Shown piece by piece: positions 53,951 to 64,000 of a DNA stretch of 64,000 bases (the stretch's first letter is position 1; each line of letters opens with the position of its first letter). The DNA comes from Eledone cirrhosa (Eukaryota): contig OZ024754.1 of the NCBI GenBank assembly GCA_964016885.1, positions 28,768,001-28,832,000 of the forward strand, read 5' to 3'. The notes beneath the pieces are model-generated. The model saw nothing but the letters and a program-made list of their open reading frames with translations, ran no database searches and had not been told where the DNA came from. The translations under genes and the position numbers were made by a program.

Positions 53951-54363
53951 TTTATTAGAGAAAAGCAATGAAGAATGACATGATGCTGAATGAAAACAAA
54001 AGCAATATATACAAACATGTTATGTTATTAAATCCCTGCAAATTCTTGAGTGTTTCCTAAATTGTTTGAAAATCATAGACACAATCTTCCATTAGAAATA
54101 TGGTAATGAAAGGGTTAAGTAAATTCAAATGTTAACAGCCTTTCTTTTCTTCTGCCATCTTGACTGCCAATTCAATTTTCAATTTTGAAATACATTCTTC
54201 ATTTTATTAATTTTCATCATGCAAATATTACTGTCCACAATGTAGTTGTATAGCACCTTCAATATGGGTTGGATGGGTCATCACAGACCGAGTCAACGTA
54301 CAGAGTTACTGTCCTCCCAAGCAGTCTGGGTGTCACATCTTGCTTATATATCTTCATACATAT

Positions 54364-54565
54364 ATATGGGAGTTGGCTGGAAAGTTCATAAACTGATGAA
54401 GATACTCTCATGGAATGATCAAATGAGGTTTATTTTTTAGCATACTCCTTGGAAAGAAACAATGCAGTTATTAAGAAGAAGAGTTGAAATTAATGCCTGT
54501 AAGATTTCACAACACTACCATCACTCCTTCATAGTTAGCCTATGGAATTTTCAGCCTACCCTCGT
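54364..54565. mobile_element. Degenerate mariner-type MITE
   Basis: Imperfect TIR ta-tgggagttggctggaaagttc / ggaattttcagcctaccctcg-ta. Confidence 0.5.
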
Positions 54566-54908
54566 ATGTTGCTATTACATCTTACTTTCCCAATTAGCAT
54601 TTAATTTACAATTTAGCATTTAAACTGGCCATATCCAGCCAGAATTCTCTCACCTCTTTCTGTTCAAACCAGCTGTAACTGGCCACTCATACTGATGTGA
54701 AGGTATTGTCCTCAAAATAAACTATGTCAAAATTCACAGATTTGATAATATGTGAGATAAAGCATTGTGCACAAAAATACAATAGTGTATATAATGTAAA
54801 TGGTGAAGGGTAAAGGGTTAGGGAAGTGGAGGCAACATGAAATGGAGTAGTGCCCAAGGACACAATGTAGAAACCCAACCTAGGTATTGAACCCATGACC
54901 TTAAGTTT

Positions 54909-57900
54909 GTAACACAATAACTATTAGACTACCTCCACAGTAAGTGTAACACAATAACTATTAGATTACCTCCACAGTAAGTGTAACACAATAACTATTA
55001 GATTACCTCCACAGTAAGTGTAACACAATAACTATTAGACTACCTCCACAGTAAGTGTAACACAATAACTATTAGACTACCTCCACAGTAAGTGTAACAT
55101 AATAACTATTAGACTATCTCCACAGTAAGTGTAACACCATAACTATTAGATTACCTCCACAGTAAGTGTAACACAATAACTATTAGACGACCTCCACAGT
55201 AAGTATAACACAATAACTATTAGACTACCTCCACAGTAAGTGTAACACAATAACTATTAGATTACCTTCACAGTAAGTGTAACACAATAACCATTACACT
55301 ACCTCCACAGTAAGTGTAACACAATAACTATTAGACTACCTCCACAGTAAGTGTAATACAATAACTATTAGACTACCTCCACAGTAAGTGTAACACAATA
55401 ACTATTAGATTACCTTCACAGTAAGTGTAACACAATAACTATTAGACTACCTCCACAGTAAGTGTAATACAATAACTATTAGACTACCTCCACAGTAAGT
55501 GTAAAACCATAACTATTAGATTACCTTCACAGTAAGTGTAACACAATAACTATTAGACTACCTCCACAGTAAGTGTAATACAATAACTATTAGATTACCT
55601 TCACAGTAAGTGTAACACAATAACTATTAGATTACCTCCACAGTAAGTGTAACACAATAACTATTAGACTACCTCCACAGTAAGTGTAACACAATAACTA
55701 TTAGATTACCTTCACAGTAAGTGTAACACAGTAACTATTAGATTACCTTCACAGTAAGTGTAACACAATAACTATTAGATTACCGCCACAGTAAGTGTAA
55801 CACAATAACTATTAGATTACCTCCACAGTAAGTGTAACACCATAACTATTAGACTACCTCCACTGTAAGTGTAACACAATAACTATTAGATTACCTTCAC
55901 AGTAAGTGTAACACAATAACTATTAGACTACCTTCACAGTAAGTGTAACACCATAACTATTAGATTACCTTCACAGTAAGTGTAACACAATAACTATTAG
56001 ATTACCTTCACAGTAAGTGTAACACAATAACTATTAGATTACCTTCACAGTAAGTGTAACACAATAACTATTAGATTACCTTCGCAGTAAGTGTAACACA
56101 ATAACTATTAGACGACCTCCACAGTAAGTGTAACACAATAACTATTAGACTACCTTCACAGTAAGTGTAACACAATAACTATTAGATTACCTTCACAGTA
56201 AGTGTAACACAATAACTATTAGACTACCTTCACAGTAAGTGTAACACAATAACTATTAGATTACCTTCACAGTAAGTGTAACACAATAACTATTAGATTA
56301 CCTTCACAGTAAGTGTAATACAATAACTATTAGATTACCTCCACAGTAAGTGTAACACAATAACTATTAGACTACCTTCACAGTAAGTGTAACACAATAA
56401 CTATTAGACTACCTCCACAGTAAGTGTAACACAATAACTATTAGACTACCTCCACAGTAAGTGTAACACAATAACTATTAGACTACCTCCACAGTAAGTG
56501 TAACACAATAACTATTAGACTACCTCCACAGTAAGTGTAACACAATAACTATTAGACTACCTCCACAGTAAGTGTAACACCATAACTATTAGATTAGCTC
56601 CACAGTAAGTGTAACACAATAACTATTAGACGACCTCCACAGTAAGTGTAACACAATAACTATTAGATTACCTTCACAGTAAGTGTAACACAATAACTAT
56701 TAGACTACCTCCACAGTAAGTGTAATACAATAACTATTAGACTACCTCCACAGTAAGTGTAAAACCATAACTATTAGATTACCTTCACAGTAAGTGTAAC
56801 ACAATAACTATTAGACTACCTCCACAGTAAGTGTAATACAATAACTATTAGATTACCTTCACAGTAAGTGTAACACAATAACTATTAGATTACCTCCACA
56901 GTAAGTGTAACACAATAACTATTAGACTACCTCCACAGTAAGTGTAACACAATAACTATTAGATTACCTTCACAGTAAGTGTAACACAGTAACTATTAGA
57001 TTACCTTCACAGTAAGTGTAACACAATAACTATTAGATTACCGCCACAGTAAGTGTAACACAATAACTATTAGATTACCTCCACAGTAAGTGTAACACCA
57101 TAACTATTAGACTACCTCCACTGTAAGTGTAACACAATAACTATTAGATTACCTTCACAGTAAGTGTAACACAATAACTATTAGACTACCTTCACAGTAA
57201 GTGTAACACCATAACTATTAGATTACCTTCACAGTAAGTGTAACACAATAACTATTAGATTACCTTCACAGTAAGTGTAACACAATAACTATTAGATTAC
57301 CTTCACAGTAAGTGTAACACAATAACTATTAGATTACCTTCGCAGTAAGTGTAACACAATAACTATTAGACGACCTCCACAGTAAGTGTAACACAATAAC
57401 TATTAGACTACCTTCACAGTAAGTGTAACACAATAACTATTAGATTACCTTCACAGTAAGTGTAACACAATAACTATTAGACTACCTTCACAGTAAGTGT
57501 AACACAATAACTATTAGATTACCTTCACAGTAAGTGTAACACAATAACTATTAGATTACCTTCACAGTAAGTGTAATACAATAACTATTAGATTACCTCC
57601 ACAGTAAGTGTAACACAATAACTATTAGACTACCTTCACAGTAAGTGTAACACAATAACTATTAGACTACCTCCACAGTAAGTGTAACACAATAACTATT
57701 AGACTACCTCCACAGTAAGTGTAACACAATAACTATTAGACTACCTCCACAGTAAGTGTAACACAATAACTATTAGACTACCTCCACAGTAAGTGTAACA
57801 CAATAACTATTAGACTACCTCCACAGTAAGTGTAACACCATAACTATTAGATTAGCTCCACAGTAAGTGTAACACAATAACTATTAGACGACCTCCACAG

Positions 57901-59975
57901 TAAGTGTAACACAATAACTATTAGATTACCTTCACAGTAAGTGTAACACAATAACTATTAGATTACCTCCACAGTAAGTGTAACACAATAACTATTAGAT
58001 TACCTTCGCAGTAAGTGTAACACAATAACTATTAGATTACCTCCACAGTAAGTGTAACACAATAACTATTAGACTACCTCCACAGTAAGTGTAATACAAT
58101 AACTATTAGACTACCTCCACAGTAAGTGTAACACAATAACTATTAGATTACCTTCACAGTAAGTGTAACACAATAACTATTAGACTACCTCCACAGTAAG
58201 TGTAATACAATAACTATTAGACTACCTCCACAGTAAGTGTAAAACCATAACTATTAGATTACCTTCACAGTAAGTGTAACACAATAACTATTAGACTACC
58301 TCCACAGTAAGTGTAATACAATAACTATTAGATTACCTTCACAGTAAGTGTAACACAATAACCATTAGACTACCTCCACAGTAAGTGTAACACCATAACT
58401 ATTAGACTACCTCCACAGTAAGTGTAATACAATAACTATTAGACTACCTCCACAGTAAGTGTAACACAATAACTATTAGATTACCTTCACAGTAAGTGTA
58501 ACACAATAACTATTAGACTACCTCCACAGTAAGTGTAATACAATAACTATTAGACTACCTCCACAGTAAGTGTAAAACCATAACTATTAGATTACCTTCA
58601 CAGTAAGTGTAACACAATAACTATTAGACTACCTCCACAGTAAGTGTAATACAATAACTATTAGATTACCTTCACAGTAAGTGTAACACAATAACTATTA
58701 GATTACCTCCACAGTAAGTGTAACACAATAACTATTAGACTACCTCCACAGTAAGTGTAACACAATAACTATTAGATTACCTTCACAGTAAGTGTAACAC
58801 CATAACTATTAGACTACCTCCACAGTAAGTGTAACACAATAACTATTAGACTACCTCCACAGTAAGTGTAACAGCATAACTATTAGACTACCTCCACAGT
58901 AAGTGTAACACAATAACTATTAGACTACCTCCACAGTAAGTGTAACACAATAACTATTAGACTACCTCCACAGTAAGTGTAACAGCATAACTATTAGACT
59001 ACCTCCACAGTAAGTGTAACACAATAACTATTAGACTACCTCCACAGTAAGTGTAACACAATAACTATTAGATTACCTTCACAGTAAGTGTAACACAATA
59101 ACTATTAGACTACCTCCACAGTAAGTGTAACACAATAACTATTAGACTACCTTCACAGTAAGTGTAACACAATAACTATTAGACTACCTCCACAGTAAGT
59201 GTAACACAATAACTATTAGATTACCTCCACAGTATGTGTAACACAATAACTATTAGACTACCTCCACAGTAAGTGTAACACAATAACTATTAGACTACCT
59301 CCACAGTATGTGTAACACAATAACTATTAGACTACCTCCACAGTATGTGTAACAGCATAACTATTAGACTACCTCCACAGTAAGTGTAACACAATAACTA
59401 TTAGATTACCTTCACAGTAAGTGTAACACAATAACTATTAGACTACCTCCACAGTAAGTGTAACACAATAACTATTAGACTACCTCCACAGTAAGTGTCA
59501 CACAATAACTATTAGGCTAACTCCACAGTAAGTGTAACACAATAACTATTAGACTACCTCCACAGTAAGTGTAACACAATAACTATTAGACTACCTCCAC
59601 AGTAAGTGTAACACAATAACTATTAGACTACCTCCACAGTATGTGTAACACAATAACTATTAGACTACCTCCACAGTATGTGTAACAGCATAACTATTAG
59701 ACTACCTCCACAGTAAGTGTAACACAATAACTATTAGACTACCTCCACAGTAAGTGTAACACAATAACTATTAGACTACCTCCACAGTAAGTGTCACACA
59801 ATAACTATTAGGCTAACTCCACAGTAAGTGTAACACAATAACTATTAGATTACCTTCACATTAAGTGTAATACAATAACTATTAGATTACCTCCACAGTA
59901 AGTGTAACACAATAACTATTAGACTACCTCCACTGTAAGTGTAACACCATAACCAATAGACAAGCCTCACAGTAA
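54909..59975. repeat. 37-bp tandem satellite (gtaacacaataactattagaYtacctYcacagtaagt), about 137 units
   Basis: Strict 37-bp periodicity, no spacers; internal 1258-bp higher-order duplication. Confidence 0.98.
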
Positions 59976-60608
59976 AATATGCAGTACCAGCAATCTAATG
60001 CATTCTAATGAGTCAGCCATAATGATTCTGTCACTTCTCAACTGAAATGTTCTGGTAAATTGCCATCTGGCAAGAGGAATACATAAGTATCCACTCAAAT
60101 TAAAAAATTATGCATAGTCTAATCAATAATCAATTATTTTCACATCTCATATGAATTTTTTAGAATTTAATTTAGTTTTTCTTCTTTTTCTAATTCTCAT
60201 TAGATAATTGTGAATTTATTGAAATTTCTAGAATTATTTTATATTTTTTTAAAAGAATTACTTTAATCTCTTCAGTTATTTGTCTTAATAAATTTCTATG
60301 AATTAATAACTGAAAATCTAATGCATTGCAGAAGGCTAGAATAAAATCTATATAATATATATATATGTTCTTTTGAATATAGCTTGTATATAAATATGTT
60401 TATGGTGTCTTTTGTGTGTGAATATATATATCTGTTCATTTGAATATAGCTTGTATATAAGTGTTTATGCCGTCTTGTGTGTAGGTGTGTGTGGGTGTCT
60501 CTGTGTGTAGCTTTTCATGTTAAATGCCACTGCGCAATTTAGTTTTTATTATTTGGTTTGATCAGCAGATTGTAAAAAAAGGTATGTTTATAGAGTGTGT
60601 GTGTGTGA

Positions 60609-60661
<53 letters not shown>

Positions 60662-60668
<7 letters not shown>

Positions 60669-60750
60669 GGTGTCCCCCCAAAAAAACCTATACACACTTT
60701 GATTAGAATTCTGTTAAAGTGTGTATACATTTTTTGGGACACACTATGTA
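60662..60750. mobile_element. Tc1/mariner-type micro-MITE
   Basis: cagggtgtccc..aaaaaa..tatacacacttt / aaagtgtgtatacattttttgggacac, in TA context. Confidence 0.65.
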
Positions 60751-61799
60751 TATATATATATATATATATATTAGAGAGAGACAGAGAGAGATATTATCCC
60801 ATTGGCAGAAAATGCGTTTGTCTGACATGCCCCCAAAAGGTGTGCATTTATTATATAATTGTCTTAAAAAGCTTTGATCTGAAACATAGCATTGGAATTT
60901 ACACCAAACATCATCATCATCATCAGCAATATTATTTAATGTCTGCTTGATGTTTCTTATAAAATCTAAATAATGGGATTTAATCTAAACAGGAATTTTA
61001 ATTATTAAATTTGGTTTGCAGTGAGGTATGATAACCTATTCGGATTAATGTTGCTCTGATTGGGACTTAGTTGCACACACTTCTGGAGATTTGCAAATTT
61101 CATGGATTACCATATATAGTTGAATATAAGCCAAGAAATATATGACCAAATAATCAATGGTAAAATTGGTTGGGTGGTTGGACTTATGGGTTCAATATTT
61201 TGACTTGCAATTCTAATTCTACATAAATAAGGTGCTGAAATATCTGGAGTTATTATTTCACAATGGAACAGTTTTTTCTACATTTACTACATTGTTATAG
61301 GTGTTATAAATGCATTCCCTTGAAAATATTTCCCACAAATTTTTATAATTTGAACTTTTTAATACATAAATATCCCATACATATACACATGTGCATACAC
61401 ATGCATGCACACGTTCACACTCATATATGCTTTTCTCTGACAATACTTTTTCTTTTGGATTTTTACCTATTTCTCAGACATAAAATAGGGGGTTATATTA
61501 TATTGAAGTATATACAGAATATTTCTGTATCTCAATTAGGCAATTGGCTTTACCATTAGCCTTGACAAAATGAAATAATTTACTACCCTAACCCACACCA
61601 GAAAACACATGTGACACCATCTGTCTTAGTAGATTGAACAAAATTAAAAGGTGTAAGCAGGCTATATCTACCTGATCAGCACATCCGCCATACTACATGG
61701 GAAGAGAATAATAGGAATATATTTACATTTTTTCTGTTTTAAATAGGAAGCATATAATTTAAAATCTGTAGTTATATCTACATTAAATTTATCTTAGAT

Positions 61800-61846
<47 letters not shown>

Positions 61847-61991
61847 TCTTTTAATATATATATATATATATATATATACTCACACAGACACACCAAAATG
61901 GCTGGCTTAATATGCATGTTTGTTTTTTTCTGTTCCTTCCTCTTCCCTTTATCTTTCTATTTCACTAATACACCTTTTATTTCTCATTCTA

Positions 61992-62027
61992 TCTTCTGAT
62001 GAAGGACTAGTGTCCAAAACGTTAAGA
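61992..62027 (+). ncRNA. Decayed minimal hammerhead (G12>A)
   Basis: TCTT CTGATGA A GGAC-tagt-GTCC AAAAC GTT AAGA; palindromic AACGTT. Confidence 0.55.
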
Positions 62028-62142
62028 ATTTTTCTTACTATATCAAGTAATAACTAATATATTTATTCATTGTACTGTGTCTTTTGCTTTGTTATTTCTG
62101 TTTACTTTTTTACATATATATACACACTCACACACATACATA

Positions 62143-62297
62143 CCGTATTTCCCGGCCTCGAAGACGCTACTTTTTTCCTAAAATAAGTCTCAAAAATCTT
62201 CCATGCGTCCTGAAGGCCAAAGGTTGTTTATTATTTTTTTTCTTCAAATTTTTGAGTTTTCAAAATTAGGGTGCGTCCTCGAGGACGGGAAACACGG
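62143..62297. mobile_element. Tc2/pogo-type MITE with TA target duplication
   Basis: TA-CCGTATTTCCCGGCCTCGAAGACGC ... GCGTCCTCGAGGACGGGAAACACGG-TA. Confidence 0.75.
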
Positions 62298-62775
62298 TAT
62301 ATATGCCATTATAAAGTGTAAACAATACACTCTGCAAAGTGGTTGGCATTTGGAAATACATGACAGCCATAGAAACACATGACAAATATAAAATGAAAGA
62401 GACGAGATGTGATTATCTGACCAGTTTAGTCTCAGACTGTAACAAACTATCCTACACATGCTATCATTATAATTAGCAGGAGTCATAAGTACAGGTTGGC
62501 TTTCTGTTAAAGGTATATGTTCAGTGTTTGTGGACTGATTGGAGCAATAACAGTCTTATTTACATATACATATATGTATATATCATCATCATCGTTTTAT
62601 GTCCCCTTTTCTATGCTAGCATGGGTTATGCATATAGAAATATATATATCATGCATATGTACACACCCCATCCAACCTGTGGGTGTGTGTGTGTATATAT
62701 ATGTATATGTATGTATGTATATATATATGTCTAGCATAGAAGAATGGATGTAAAACGCTGATGATGATGTACATA

Positions 62776-62812
<37 letters not shown>

Positions 62813-63519
62813 GAATGTGTGTATATACATACATATATATATATGAATGTGTGTATATACATACATACATATATACATACATACCCTGTCAATGTTTACT
62901 AGCAGAGAGAACAGACATGAAATGAATCTGATGCTGATGATATATATACACACAGTTTTGTGTGTATGTGTGTGTGTGGGGGGGGGGGGGGGGGCATTAA
63001 AACAGATGGCCACAGCTGTGATTTTACTGAGAGTGGCATATTTCTAAATCTGAATGCTATTTAATCACATTCCTTCTCCTTTATCAAGATGACCATGATA
63101 GATTTTGATCTATAAATCAATATTCAATGGAAAAAAAAAATACTCAAATGACTTTTATTAATTTCAGTTTGTGGAACTCTAACACTCCATAACAGATTCT
63201 TATATCTTGCACTATTACTATGTGTATGTGTGTGTATACATGTTGGTATGTTGTTGTTTGAGCTCACATCTGGTTAGGTTTAGCTGGCCTCCTATACAGT
63301 TGTATCTCATTTGAGGTTTCTTGAGTATTTTAATGATAGGACTATTGTATCACCATTTTTACAGTCACAGGAGGTGGAGCTTCCCATTTAATATTGTAAA
63401 TATTTCTGCTAACGGACCTCCCATTTTAAAGGGTTTCTGTTTAAATTAAAAACTTACAACATAGTTTTATATTAGAATCATATGATAAGTTACTATCTTA
63501 ATAATGAAATTAATGGTTT

Positions 63520-63727
63520 CTGATTTAGGCACAAGGCCAACAATTTTTGGAGAGGGGGAAATTGATTAAATCTACCTCTGCATTACTGGTACTTTTTATA
63601 TCAACCCTGTAAGGATTAAAAGTGAAGCTAAACTTGGCAGGACTAGAACTCAGAATATAAAGGGTCGTAATTCTATGCCACAAAGCATGTTATACAAGGC
63701 TCATATGATTCTGCCAATTCACCACCC
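63520..63727 (-). mobile_element. Old Deu/Nin-domain-like SINE
   Basis: Diverged reverse-complement match (ttaggcacaaggcc...cattactggtac...gaactcagaa). Confidence 0.65.
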
Positions 63728-64000
63728 TTAGTAATGAAATGAATAATTTTAGTTGATTCCTCAAAATCCTCCATTAATTGAAAGTGTATTTCATTAGAAG
63801 TATGATAGGTAAAGAGTTATAATGCACTTTATTGACAGCAACAATATTAATTCTCTGAAATTCTCCTACCTACCCCTTACATTAACTATTTCTACTAAGA
63901 TTACTCCAAGTCATTAAGTTAAAAAACATATCTACTATTTCTTTGAAAACTTTCTATGTACTCTATCAACTTTATTCCTTTAGTGTCCTTTGATGCTAAA

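Noticed and set aside
54909-59975. CRISPR-like array (37-bp period)
   Set aside because: Units are contiguous with no unique spacers; eukaryotic context; no cas genes

Overview
AT-rich, microsatellite-saturated eukaryotic DNA with one assembly gap (1216-1416). The SINE/LINE mix and (TA)n/(CA)n/(GA)n density suggest an octopod cephalopod (inference). I could not support any host exon; almost all short ORFs in the track are microsatellite read-through. Recognisable content: three Penelope-like (PLE, GIY-YIG) loci, one a near-perfect 2.45-kb palindrome; a 5'-truncated RTE LINE with an open RT ORF containing a PHD-type finger; a 5'-truncated R4/Dong-like RLE LINE inside a (TAA)n tract; smaller RTE and CR1/L2-like fragments; two abundant SINE families; several MITEs; and two large tandem arrays (21 bp and 37 bp). 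Most notable: many short non-coding elements next to (TA)n runs, often palindromic, fold by hand into type I hammerhead ribozymes (CUGANGA...GAAA...NUH, usually with a palindromic stem III). They belong to several sequence families, and some share a downstream TACTC..GAGTRC hairpin. Both large arrays look like amplified 5' (A-box) ends of tRNA-derived SINEs. All folds and alignments were made by eye.
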